NCBI GenBank assembly: GCA_963804995.1
Contig: CAWDSK010000001.1
Coordinates: 384,001 to 448,000, forward strand
Length of the DNA stretch: 64,000 nt
Source: an uncultured Acidobacteriota bacterium
GTDB lineage: Bacteria > Acidobacteriota > Terriglobia > UBA7540
Reading direction: 5' to 3'
Shown: positions 31,363 to 41,683 of the stretch, piece after piece
Layout of the letters: every line of letters starts with the position of its first letter
Position numbering within the stretch: the stretch's first letter is position 1
The notes under the pieces: model-generated
The model's database searches: none
The model's input: only the letters and a program-made list of their open reading frames with translations
What the model was told of the DNA's origin: nothing
Position numbers and translations under genes: made by a program

Positions 31363-32616
31363 TCATTCATACCGCAGTGCCTCGACGGGATTGAGATGAG
31401 AAGCGCGCAGGGCGGGCACAAGTCCACTGATGACGCCTACCACGATGAGGATCAGGGTCGAGGCCACGACGGTCGTCAATGAAATGTTAAGGTGGATGTC
31501 CCCCTTGCCAGACGTGTCCTCAAAAATGGGGCCATAGAAAGGCATCGTGCCGATGGCGGCGGAAAGACCGTAGGCCAGCAGAATGCCAAACACGCCACCC
31601 AGTAGCGCCAGCACCATCGCCTCCGCCATGAACTGAGCCTGAATGTGGCGGCGCCGCGCACCCAGCGCGCGTCGCAGGCCGATCTCGCGGATGCGCTCAT
31701 CTACCGCCACCAGCATGATGTTCATCAGGCCCACGCCGCCGATGCCCAGCGTCAGCGCGCCCACAAAGGTGAAGAGCGCCTGAAAGCCGATGGTGATGCC
31801 ATCGATGATGGGCCGGAACTGCTCGCGGCCGAACATCATGATGGCGCGCTCGTCGGTGGGTGAAAAGCGCTGGCGTTTGGCGATGGCGGCGCGCACCTGC
31901 TGCATGGATGCCTTTTCGAAGCGTGGAGCTTTGGGTTCGAAGACCAGAACGGAAGCGTAGCGGGTATTCCAGATGTCGCCGGCAGTGGAGTAAGGAATCC
32001 AGGCCGAATCACCGTCGGAGGTGAAGTAGTTGCTGTCTTGAATTTTGCTGTCCATCGTTCCGACCACGGTGAAGCGCATGCCACTGATGCGCACCGTCTC
32101 ACCCACCGCCGGCCTGCCGGAAAAGAGCTTCTCGCGCAGACCATGGCCGATAAAGACCACGCGGCGGCGCTCAAGTTCGTCTTCGGCGGTAAGCCAGCGA
32201 CCCTGGCTCGCGACTTCATTGCGCATCTCGCCATACTCGGGACACACACCGCGGATGGCGGTTTGGGACATGCGATCACCGTAAGAGATAGGCAGCCAGC
32301 GGACGCTTTCCCGGCACACGGTCTTCACCAGCGGGGCTTCCTGCTGAATGTCCTCCACGTCCACTTTCTCAAAGTGCACATGCTTGCCGGCGCGTTCGCC
32401 ACCCGCTTGCTCGCTGGTCTGCTGGGGCCAGCAAATCACCGCACCCTTGCCGAAAGCGTCGAACGCCGCGACCACTACGGAGCGCAGGCTGCTGCCGTAG
32501 GCGATCAGCAGAGCCACCGCAGCAATCCCCCAGACAATGCCGAGCATGGTAAGGAAACTGCGCGTCGGTTGGCGCTTTATGGAGAGCCAGGATTGTTTTA
32601 GGACCTCGGTTAGCAT
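31363..32616 (-). CDS. MacB/FtsX-type ABC transporter permease
   Basis: FLTMLGIVWG, GGVGLMNIMLVAVDERIREIGLRRALGA, PVEALRYE. Confidence 0.93.
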   Translation of the reverse strand: MLTEVLKQSWLSIKRQPTRSFLTMLGIVWGIAAVALLIAYGSSLRSVVVAAFDAFGKGAVICWPQQTSEQAGGERAGKHVHFEKVDVEDIQQEAPLVKTVCRESVRWLPISYGDRMSQTAIRGVCPEYGEMRNEVASQGRWLTAEDELERRRVVFIGHGLREKLFSGRPAVGETVRISGMRFTVVGTMDSKIQDSNYFTSDGDSAWIPYSTAGDIWNTRYASVLVFEPKAPRFEKASMQQVRAAIAKRQRFSPTDERAIMMFGREQFRPIIDGITIGFQALFTFVGALTLGIGGVGLMNIMLVAVDERIREIGLRRALGARRRHIQAQFMAEAMVLALLGGVFGILLAYGLSAAIGTMPFYGPIFEDTSGKGDIHLNISLTTVVASTLILIVVGVISGLVPALRASHLNPVEALRYE

Positions 32617-32890
32617 TTTGGCCCCCTCAGAAAGAGCAAGTCAAAAGGCAAAGTGCAAAAGGCAAAATGCAAAAGTAAACGGCCAGGCGGCTTTGGCTTT
32701 TGATCGGGGGAATAGCAAGCCTAACTCCTACAAGGGGCATTTGATTGCTGCGTCCAGACCGCACTGCATTGCAAGCCCCTAACTTCTTGTCTTCTTGGCA
32801 GGGATTTTCGGGTCTTGGGCTTTTCACTTTTGCCTTTTGCACTTTGCCTTTTGCATTTTGACTTGCTCTTGCGGCCGAAAGCGGCCTCGC

Positions 32891-32925
<35 letters not shown>

Positions 32926-32926
32926 T

Positions 32927-34186
32927 TCATCCTCCTGCCTCAAACCGAAGCGCCTCGATCGGATCCACACGGGCGGCGCGCGTAGCGGGGTAGAGCGCGG
33001 AGAGCACGGCCACCGTGCCCAGGACCGCGAAGGAAAGCGTCCCCGCTTGCCAGGTGGGCAGCATGCCCCCGAAGAAGGGCGGCATGGGGATCAGATTGAT
33101 GAGCGCGCAGAGCCCGTACGCGATACCCATCCCTGCGCCGCCGCTCAGGAAAACAATGATCATGGTTTCGACAAAGAACTGTTGCAGGATGGCCCTGGAA
33201 CTCGCGCCTACGGCCTTGCGCACGCCGATTTCTCGGGTGCGCTCACGCACTGCCACCAGCATCACATTCATCACTCCGATGCCGCCCAGCAGCAGCGTAG
33301 TGATACCGATGGCGCCCAGGAAATACTTCATTGCGTCCATCAACTTTTCGAACGCCTTTGATTCCTCCACGGTGTCCCAAATGCTTGCGGCTTCTTTGTC
33401 GTGAGGATCGAAGTTGTGCAGGCGGCCGAGCGCGCGCCTGACCTGCCACTTGCAAGTCTCGTGCTCCGGGAGGGATTTGGGAACCACCAGCAAATGGTCC
33501 AGGGCCGTGGGCAAGGCCGGAGGCTTGGAAGGAAAATTCTGCAAGATGGCGCTGAAGGGGACAAATATCTTGTCCACATCCCAACCGTCGTAACTTGAGT
33601 TCTGGTCCTTGGCGGCCATGACGCCGATGACCGTGAAAGGGATTTCGTTGATGACAATGGTTTCGCCCACGGCCTGGCGTGTCGCGAAAAGTTGCTTCTT
33701 GATGTTGCTACCCAAGAAGGCCACGTGGCGGCCCGCTTGCTCATCGCCCCAGTCGTAAAATCTGCCCGCCTGGATGGTGATGGAGCGGATCTCCGCAAAG
33801 GGAGGGTAGGAGCCGGCAACCTCCGGCGAGGCGTTGTTGTAAAGGCTGCGGACCGGCAGGCTGCTGCGTTCAAGTTCCGGGAGCACGTAGCGGCAGGCGG
33901 TGGCTTCTTCCTGCACAGGCTGGACGTTGGTCGACTGCCAGGTTGTCGCGCGGCCCGCACGCAAACCCCCAGCCTGCATGCTGGTGCGCCCATTGAAGAA
34001 GATCATCAAATCCTTGGCGAAGGTCGCCTGTTGCCTCTCTTGGCCAACGCGCAGGCCTTCGCCCGCGGCCACCATCAGGGTGATGGAAATGATGCCCCAG
34101 GCGATTCCGAACATGGTCAAGAAGGTGCGCAGCTTGTGGGCCCAAAGCGTGCGGAGCGTGTTGAGAAGTAAGTCGCCGAGAATCAT
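32927..34186 (-). CDS. MacB/FtsX-type ABC transporter permease
   Basis: LRTFLTMFGIAWG, GGIGVMNVMLVAVRERTREIGVRKAVGA, DPIEALRFE. Confidence 0.93.
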   Translation of the reverse strand: MILGDLLLNTLRTLWAHKLRTFLTMFGIAWGIISITLMVAAGEGLRVGQERQQATFAKDLMIFFNGRTSMQAGGLRAGRATTWQSTNVQPVQEEATACRYVLPELERSSLPVRSLYNNASPEVAGSYPPFAEIRSITIQAGRFYDWGDEQAGRHVAFLGSNIKKQLFATRQAVGETIVINEIPFTVIGVMAAKDQNSSYDGWDVDKIFVPFSAILQNFPSKPPALPTALDHLLVVPKSLPEHETCKWQVRRALGRLHNFDPHDKEAASIWDTVEESKAFEKLMDAMKYFLGAIGITTLLLGGIGVMNVMLVAVRERTREIGVRKAVGASSRAILQQFFVETMIIVFLSGGAGMGIAYGLCALINLIPMPPFFGGMLPTWQAGTLSFAVLGTVAVLSALYPATRAARVDPIEALRFEAGG

Positions 34187-34299
34187 GGTAGCGGTCCTGG
34201 TGTTGCGTCCTTGGCCCAGCTCTCAGCCATCAGCTTTCAGCGGTCAGCTTGAACCCCCCAGCTTTAGCTGAACGCTGATAGCTGACTGCTGATAGCTCG

Positions 34300-35511
34300 C
34301 TATTGCAGCACCACCTGTTGACCCTCTTTCAATCCACTGAGCAGCTCGGTTTTGACGCCGTTCGAGATGCCCAGCTTCACAGCGAGCTTTTGGCGGCCGG
34401 TCTTCGCATGCGGGTCAGGTGTTTCGACAAAGGTATGGCGGTCCTTGTCGTAAATGACCGCCGCCTCCGGGAGTTGGACCACGTTGTGCTTCTCCTCCAG
34501 GATGATTTCGGCGTTGGCGGTCATGTTGGCTTTGAGTTCGCCGGTGGAATTGGCGATGGAGACCTTCACTTCAAAAGTCGTGACGTTGTCCTTCTCGACG
34601 CCCATGGGGGAAATCTTGGTGACCTTACCCTCGAACTTCTTTTCCTTAAGCGACTCCACCACGATGCGGGCGGGCTGGCCCATATAGACTTTGCTGATGT
34701 CAGCCTCATCGACCTTCCCTTTGACGTAGACTTCGCTCACATCGCCCAATGTCATCACCAGCGTAGCCTGGGAGCCGAGAACCAGGATAGAACTGACGGC
34801 GTCACCCACTTCCACGTCGCGCGAGAGCACCAGCCCTTCCATGGGGCTTACGATCGTCGAATTGCGCAGGTCCTCTTCCGCGCTATCCAGCGCCGCTTGC
34901 ATTTGGGCCACCTGGGCCTTGCTGCGAGCGATTTCAGCCCGGCTCACCGCCAGGTAGCGCTGGGCGGACAACTGCTTGTTCAAGGCCATTTGGTAAGCCT
35001 TCTCGCCGTCATCCAGAACGGAGGCGGAAACCAATCCGTCGGCCCCGAGCTTGCGGTTGCGCTCGACGGTAGACTTCAGAAAAGGCAGGTCGGGCCCTTC
35101 AGCGTCAACCTTGTTGCGCTCGTAGGTAGCTTGTGCGGACTCTACCGCCGCTTGCGAGGCCTTCAAATTGGCCTCCGCTTCCGCCACCCGCGCCCGTAAC
35201 TGCTCCTTGTCAAGTTCCACCAGGACCTGGCCTTGCTTCACGTGGTCGCCATAATCCACAAAGATCTTTTCCACAATCCCGCTCGCCTTGGATTTGACTT
35301 CCACTTTGACGAGCGGCTCGATCTTGCCCGTGGCCACCACCGACCGAGCCAGGTCGGCACGTGTCACGCTCGCGAGCTTCGAAGGATCAATCGTCGTGCT
35401 AGGACGTAAGGCCGCGGCAATGCCCAAGCCGCCACCCACCAGAATTAACGTGCCAATTGCCAAGAGGTACCACTTCTTCCGTTTGCCGTTATGGTTGTTC
35501 GCCATTGCCAC
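34300..35511 (-). CDS. Efflux periplasmic adaptor (MacA/HlyD family)
   Basis: N-terminal TM, ATGKIEP, VKSKASG, GDHVKQGQ, SPMEG, VDEADI, ANMTANA. Confidence 0.92.
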   Translation of the reverse strand: MAMANNHNGKRKKWYLLAIGTLILVGGGLGIAAALRPSTTIDPSKLASVTRADLARSVVATGKIEPLVKVEVKSKASGIVEKIFVDYGDHVKQGQVLVELDKEQLRARVAEAEANLKASQAAVESAQATYERNKVDAEGPDLPFLKSTVERNRKLGADGLVSASVLDDGEKAYQMALNKQLSAQRYLAVSRAEIARSKAQVAQMQAALDSAEEDLRNSTIVSPMEGLVLSRDVEVGDAVSSILVLGSQATLVMTLGDVSEVYVKGKVDEADISKVYMGQPARIVVESLKEKKFEGKVTKISPMGVEKDNVTTFEVKVSIANSTGELKANMTANAEIILEEKHNVVQLPEAAVIYDKDRHTFVETPDPHAKTGRQKLAVKLGISNGVKTELLSGLKEGQQVVLQ

Positions 35512-35723
35512 CCCCGGTAAGCTTGACCGGAACTATCCTCAAGCATCCATACGCGCCCAGCCTCTTAAATGTTCCCTGGCCCGCCCATGCTCCCGGGTAT
35601 CGATACCCTGTCGCGAGTTGGCCGGAGCAGATTGCGGGGACTACACCTGCCAGGGTTAGACGATGGTTCCTAAGAGAGGTTATCAGCCAACAGACGGGGC
35701 CGAGGGAGTGGGACCCGGGCGGA

Positions 35724-36216
35724 TCGGGTCATCGGATCATTGAGTGATCTTGCGATTGGGCGATTGACGAGCTTCCATCCGTTGAGTTTGGTTCAGGTTC
35801 GCGTCCCAATCAGCCGATTACCGTAGCGGAGAAGTGTGGCGGGGGATGGCAGTCGGCTTGTGGATTGGACTATCGGTCCATCAGCACAAGGCGAAAATTC
35901 ATAGCCCTCTCCGAGGGGAGAGGGTGGCGCGCTGCCGGCGTACTCACCAACCGGAGCGCGGCGGGTGAGGGGTCACTTCGCGCCTATCGCCCCGACTGCC
36001 CATGGGGCTCATGTTCCGTCGTAAACCCACCGATAAGCGATGTGGGGAAGTGCGGCACAGCGCGGATTGGTTCATTGATTCATCGGGTCATTGAATCATT
36101 GAGTGATCGGGTGATTTGTGATTTGCGATTTGTGGTCTGCGATTGGGCGATTGACGGCTTCAATCCGTTGAGTTTGGTTCAGGTTCGCGTCCCGTCCTGC
36201 CGATAACCGTAGCGGG
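35724..36216. repeat. Two ~100-bp direct repeats (near 35724-35830 and 36083-36216) bracketing a REP copy
   Basis: TGCGATTGGGCGATTGACG...ATCCGTTGAGTTTGGTTCAGGTTCGCGTCCC...GCCGAT.ACCGTAGCGG occurs twice. Confidence 0.75.
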
Positions 36217-37041
36217 ATAGTGTGTCAAGGCCGGCGAAGTCGGTCGGTGTTCTCATCCCGCAATTTGGTTCCCTCGTCACTCGTCACTTGTCACTGGTCA
36301 CTGCTTTTGAAGTGTGTCACACGGGGGCAGGGGGATCGGGGTTAGGGATTTGGGCCTTTGGATTAACTGTTAGCTGTCGGCTGTGAGCTGTCAGCACGGA
36401 GACTTGTGTCACGGGCGAGGCTGGACGGATGTCGACTCGGCTGGGAAGCGGGCGCAGCGCCCCTCTGCATCGCGGCGATTCGTCCCCCATCGGCAACAAA
36501 AAGCCGCGGACCTAGGCGACCGGTCCGCGCGACGATTGCTTATTAGGGGAACTGCAACCACACGACGAGCGATTTAATCGCTATGGCGGTGGTGCAAAGT
36601 ATTGGAAGCCACCAGAGCTCGGAATCGGTTACCTTGGTTTTTTGCATTTGCGCATCCGGAAACGGGTCGAGGTCCTCTGGCTCCCGCGCTGTCCCCAAGT
36701 TCCTGATAAGATGCTCCCTTTTCTCCAGACACTGCCTACTGCATCACGGACAGTGCACTTCTGTCCGTGGGCTTTTCTCAGGCCCGATACCCCAGCGGCA
36801 ACCGCACGCCGTCAATCTGGATGGGCATGGCGCTACGGCCGGGAGTATGAAGTTGCTAACCCCGGAGTGATTCACTGCCGATGGGGTTTTGGGCAGCCAC
36901 ACCCTACCGTCAAGTCGTCCGGCTCCGGCGGGACGTCTGGAACAGGGCGTCGCAGAAGCGTCGGGTCAGCCGTAAACACCCCGGACGCGACCACTCGCAC
37001 CATGGCAATAACTTTATGGCAGCGCCTCAGGCCTCCTGGCA

Positions 37042-38439
37042 TTACTCGTAGGTCTCGCAGTTACACCACTTGCCTTCTTCATCGTAATGGGGCCAGGGAC
37101 CGCCCGTGCGGAATCCGGAAACAATGGGATCGTCATACAGGGGCGTAGGCGCGAAGTAACCGGGCCTCCGCAGGTGCGCTTTCACCACCTCATCGTTGAG
37201 TTCAAGGCCGAGTCCAGGCTTCTCCGGAACCGTCACGAAGCCATCCTTGATAATCGGCTTGGGAACGCCGGTCACCAGGTCCTGCCACCACGGCATATCC
37301 AGGGCATGGTTCTCCATGGCCAGGAAGTTGTCTCCGAACGTGGCGGCGCAATGGTATCCCGCGAAGCCGCCGATGGGCGATCCGGCGTGGTGCATGGCCA
37401 CCTGGATGCCCGCCATCTCGGCATAGTCGGCAATTTTCTTGGTCTCCAACAGCCCGCCGGAGGTTTCAATGTCGGGATGAATCACTGCCACCGCGTGGTT
37501 ATCGATCAGCGGCCGGAAACCCTCTTCCAGTCCGAAAATGTCTTCGCCGGTATTGATAGGAGTGGTGGTGGATTCGCTGATTTGCTTGTAACCGCGCCAG
37601 TTTTGCCAGAACCACTGATGGCCTTCCTGGGCCTGCAGGATATCCTCCGCCCAGGCAAGCTGGTATTTCTCGAAGGCCCGGGCGTAGCGGATGGAATCCT
37701 GGATGTTGAGCGGCCCGAAGTGGTCGGCGGCGAGCGGGGCCGACCAGCCGATCACGTCACGGATGGCGGCAATGAATTCGCACAGGTAGCCCAGGCCCTT
37801 GTCGGTGGCCACCCCGCGATCGTTGACGGCGCCCGGCCGGTCCTTCACCAGGTCCGTTTCCAGATCCATCTTGAAGAAGGTCACACCCATCGCCTGGCGC
37901 TTGCGCATGCGTTCCGCGTACGTCTTGACATCCGGGTGAGCGGTGGTATCCGCATAGATGCGAATGCGGTCGTGTTTCTTTCCGCCGATCAGCCGATAGG
38001 CCGGAACGCCTAACACTTTCCCGGCAATATCGTGCAGGGCCATATCTACCGCGCTATACCCTCCGCCCATACGTCCGTGCCCGGCAAAGGGGCGAACCGT
38101 TGCCAGGTTGCCCTCAATGTCCAGAGGGTTCTTCCCCAGCAGGTGCGCCTTGAGGATCAGAGCGATACCTTCCACCCCCGCGTCGCGCACTTCCCCCAGT
38201 CCGTAAACATCCTGGTTGGTGTAAATTTTGATGAGCGGATAGTCATAATTCGCGGCCACCCGGCAGGCGCGCATGTCCGTAATCTTCAGCCCGCTCGGAG
38301 CGGAGTTCCGATTCACCGTTTCCTGCGCGCTCACCGATCCCTGGGTCGCCTGGAACAAGGGACCCCACAGGGCCGCCGCGGCGGCGCTGCGCAGCAGCGA
38401 CCGGCGGGTCATCCTTGCCTTCTCACGATTGCTAACCAT
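37042..38439 (-). CDS. Mandelate racemase/muconate lactonizing enzyme family protein with Tat-like signal
   Basis: TRRSLL signal; GLGE, SAVDMALHDIAGK, FKMD, ADH, WAED, TGED, PGLGLELN. Confidence 0.9.
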   Translation of the reverse strand: MVSNREKARMTRRSLLRSAAAAALWGPLFQATQGSVSAQETVNRNSAPSGLKITDMRACRVAANYDYPLIKIYTNQDVYGLGEVRDAGVEGIALILKAHLLGKNPLDIEGNLATVRPFAGHGRMGGGYSAVDMALHDIAGKVLGVPAYRLIGGKKHDRIRIYADTTAHPDVKTYAERMRKRQAMGVTFFKMDLETDLVKDRPGAVNDRGVATDKGLGYLCEFIAAIRDVIGWSAPLAADHFGPLNIQDSIRYARAFEKYQLAWAEDILQAQEGHQWFWQNWRGYKQISESTTTPINTGEDIFGLEEGFRPLIDNHAVAVIHPDIETSGGLLETKKIADYAEMAGIQVAMHHAGSPIGGFAGYHCAATFGDNFLAMENHALDMPWWQDLVTGVPKPIIKDGFVTVPEKPGLGLELNDEVVKAHLRRPGYFAPTPLYDDPIVSGFRTGGPWPHYDEEGKWCNCETYE

Positions 38440-38717
38440 ATTCTCCTCCTAGGGGTCGTGTCCCAGCGGGTAGCCACGCTGTCGCCGCGGCTGAAAGTCC
38501 GCCGATCTTAATGGCGGGCGACCTGTCCTGGCGATGGGATTTTCTCACGCCCGATGCCCCAGCGGCAACGCACATCATCAATCTCGATGGGACACCCCGC
38601 CCCAGTTGCCATGCCCAAGGCAGAATCGTTGTAACTCGACCGCCGCCAGAAGAACCCACGGTCAGAAAATCACTGACCGTGGCTACCCCGCTGCCTCGGG
38701 GATATCGGGTATGAGAA

Positions 38718-38933
38718 CTAAGCACGACTAGAATGCCCGGCACTATGGATAACTTGAACCCTGCCGACTTTACCGCTCTGCAGCCTTACCTTGATCCCGT
38801 GCGGGTGGAACGGGGACGTCGTGAGAAGGTCCTGGACGATGCCTCGGGTCTGTTTCCCTGTGGGCTGGTCCTCTTTGAGGACAACTGAAACGTCTGCTCC
38901 ACGCGCCACGTCACTTCGGTTCCGTCCATCCAT
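38718..38933 (-). CDS. YwbE family (DUF2196) small protein
   Basis: VVLKEDQPTGKQTRGIVQDLLTTSPFHPHGIKVRLQSGKVGRV. Confidence 0.85.
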   Translation of the reverse strand: MDGRNRSDVARGADVSVVLKEDQPTGKQTRGIVQDLLTTSPFHPHGIKVRLQSGKVGRVQVIHSAGHSSRA

Positions 38934-39668
38934 GGAACTTACCCCCTTCAGACCCTCGTCAAAAACTTCATGCGGGCTACATATCACAATAATCCATGGG
39001 GATAACAAAATCATCCCGGCCTCGGGGCAATCGGTCTACATGGCAGTGCAGCTTCCAGGATGCCTTTCACGGTCAGAAGAGGTATTTCAATGCGAACTGA
39101 ACCAGACGAGGGGCGACCGAGGTTTGGGTGATCACACCGAAGTTTGCCGTCCCCAGCGACGTGCCGGGATTCGCGAACTGGGGATGGTTGAGGGAGTTGT
39201 AGAATTCGACGCGAAACGCCAGCTCGGCGTTTTCCCGCAGGCCTCCCACCACAGTTCTCTTTCCCAACGATATATCGGTATTAACCTGTGGCGGCCCGTC
39301 CAGGAGGCTCTGGCCGGCGTTGCCGTACCCCGTTGCGCCATCGGAACCGATCGCGGGCGCAGCGCAGATGGCTGACGTATTGATCCAGCCGCCGAGTCTC
39401 GCTTCCACGCTGCCGGAGGTGGCCAGGGCCGCCCGACCCGGGCAGAGCGTTACGGTTGAGGGCGAAGCCTCACCGTAGACGCTGCCTCCGGCCGGATCGG
39501 TCGGGGTCAGCGGCAATCCGCTTTGCACGATAACCAACCCGGTTGTAGTCCACCCGTTCAACAGTTTCCCCGCCGCGCCCGTGCTGTGGACGGAATTGGG
39601 GAACTGGTAATCGAAGTTGGTAACGATCCGGTGCGTGCGGTCAAAGGACGCGCGCGCCCAATTCCTAG

Positions 39669-41683
39669 CCTGCCTTTCGCACTTCCACCCGCTACCGGGC
39701 TGATTTTGGCAGCTTGCGGTGCACAAGGTCTTTGCCTTCAATGGGCGCGGGTTGAAGAGTGCTTGTAGGCCCGACCTACCCTCTTTTCTGGGGCGCGAAG
39801 GTCTGGCATTCTGGGGCGTGCACCTGAAGATTCATCGACGCAAAAAGGACGGCAAGGAACATCGTTATTTCAGCATCGTCGAGAGTCGGCGCGTGTCGCG
39901 CTCGAAGGTCGTGCATCGGACGGTGCTGTATCTGGGCGAAATCAACGACAGCCAACAATCCGCGTGGCGCAAGACGCTGGAGGTTTTTGACGAGGACCGT
40001 CGCGTCCTCGCGTCCCTGAGCCTCTTCCCGGAGGACCGCGAACTTCCTGCGGATGCTGTGGACGGCGTACAAGTGAAGTTGAGTGAAATGCGCGTTGAGC
40101 GGCCGCGCACCTTCGGTGGCTGTTGGTTGGGCTGCGAGCTGTGGCGCCAGTTGAAGCTGGACGAGTTCTGGCAGGCGAGGTTGCCGGAAGGGCGCGAGGG
40201 AGTTCCGTGGGAGAAGGTGCTACGGCTGCTGGTGGTGAACCGGTTGATCGAGCCGGGCAGCGAATTCCGTGTGCATCGGCACTGGTTCGATCAGACCGCC
40301 ATGGCCGAGTTGCTGGCAGTGAACTTCGCGGTGGCCGAGAAGGACCGGCTCTATCGTTGTCTGGATCGAATACTGGCGCACAAGGCGGAGTTGTTCCAGC
40401 ACCTGCGGCTGCGGTGGCAAGACCTCTTTGCGGCGCGCTTTGATCTGCTCCTCTACGATCTCACCAGCACCTATGTGGAAGGAGAGGCGGAAGCGATTCC
40501 CAAAGCCCGCCACGGTTACAGCCGGGACGGGCGGTTCGACTGTCGGCAGGTGGTGATCGCCCTGGTGCTGACGCCGGAAGGTTTCCCGCTGGCCTACGAA
40601 GTGATGGAGGGGAATACTTCCGACCGGAACAGCTTGCGCGGTTTTCTGGACAAGATCGAGAGCGTGTACGGCAAGGCACGGCGGGTGTGGATGATGGATC
40701 GGGGAGTTCCCAGTGAAGAACTGCTGGCGGAGATGCGCACCCCGGGGCGGGAGATGTTTTACCTGGTGGGGACGCCACGGGGCAAGATCCGGCAGTACGA
40801 AGCGAAGTGGACGGAACTGCCGTGGCGGAAGGTGCGCGAGTCGGTAGAGGTGAAACTGTTCGCGGAGGAAGGCGAGTTGTATGTGCTGGCGAAGAGCGCA
40901 GGCCGCCAGGCGAAAGAGATGGCCATCCGTCGACGCAAGCTGGCACGGCTGTTGTGGAGGCTGCGGGCCTTGCGGCGCGTGTGTCCGACGCGTGATGCGT
41001 TGCTGATGAAGATCGGAGCAGCCAAGAGTGAAGCCGGACGGGCCTTCGGTTTCGTGAAGATCAGCGTGCCCAAGGCCCAGGAAGAAGTGACTCGCCAGAC
41101 CTTCCAGTTCCGGCTCGAGCGCAGCAAGTTGGAGGAAGCGGAGCGGCGCGATGGACATTATCTGTTGCGCACCAATCTGACGGGGGAAAATCCCGAGGTG
41201 TTGTGGGACCGCTACATGCAACTGGCGCAGATCGAAGCGGCCTTTAAGTGTTTGAAGAGTGAGCTGGGAATTCGGCCGATTTATCATCAAATAGAACATC
41301 GCGTCGAGGCCCACATCCTCATTGCCTTTCTGGCGTACGGCTTGTGGGTGACGCTGAAACAGCGTCTGCAGGCCCACGCTCCGGGCCTGACGCCGAAAGC
41401 GGTGCTGGAGAAGCTGGCGGGCATGCAGATGCTCGATGTGTCTTTCCCGACCACGGATGGGCGCCGATTAGTGATGCCCCGCTACACCGAGCCGACACCC
41501 GAACAAAAGCTCCTGTTGCACGAACTGCAGCTCGTGCTCCCCACTCAGCCACCGCCCAGGATCACGGTCCAGCCGGAAATCTTTCCTGCTGGAATGCTGC
41601 GTTTGTAGGCCAGACCTTGGCAATGCCTGTACTGAAAAGAAGCGAGTTAACCCAACTCAACACCCTGAAGTGCGAAAGTTCGG
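39669..41683 (+). mobile_element. IS1634-family insertion sequence, 2015 bp
   Basis: Ends CCTGCCTTTCGCACTTC and GAAGTGCGAAAGTTCGG form imperfect inverted repeats; CTAG at 39665-39668 and 41684-41687. Confidence 0.92.
39818..41608 (+). CDS. IS1634-family DDE transposase
   Basis: KKDGKEHRYFSIVESRR, YDLTSTY, GYSRD, MDRG, IEAAFKCLK, RPIYHQ...RVEAHI; probable GTG start at 39818. Confidence 0.92.
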   Translation: MHLKIHRRKKDGKEHRYFSIVESRRVSRSKVVHRTVLYLGEINDSQQSAWRKTLEVFDEDRRVLASLSLFPEDRELPADAVDGVQVKLSEMRVERPRTFGGCWLGCELWRQLKLDEFWQARLPEGREGVPWEKVLRLLVVNRLIEPGSEFRVHRHWFDQTAMAELLAVNFAVAEKDRLYRCLDRILAHKAELFQHLRLRWQDLFAARFDLLLYDLTSTYVEGEAEAIPKARHGYSRDGRFDCRQVVIALVLTPEGFPLAYEVMEGNTSDRNSLRGFLDKIESVYGKARRVWMMDRGVPSEELLAEMRTPGREMFYLVGTPRGKIRQYEAKWTELPWRKVRESVEVKLFAEEGELYVLAKSAGRQAKEMAIRRRKLARLLWRLRALRRVCPTRDALLMKIGAAKSEAGRAFGFVKISVPKAQEEVTRQTFQFRLERSKLEEAERRDGHYLLRTNLTGENPEVLWDRYMQLAQIEAAFKCLKSELGIRPIYHQIEHRVEAHILIAFLAYGLWVTLKQRLQAHAPGLTPKAVLEKLAGMQMLDVSFPTTDGRRLVMPRYTEPTPEQKLLLHELQLVLPTQPPPRITVQPEIFPAGMLRL

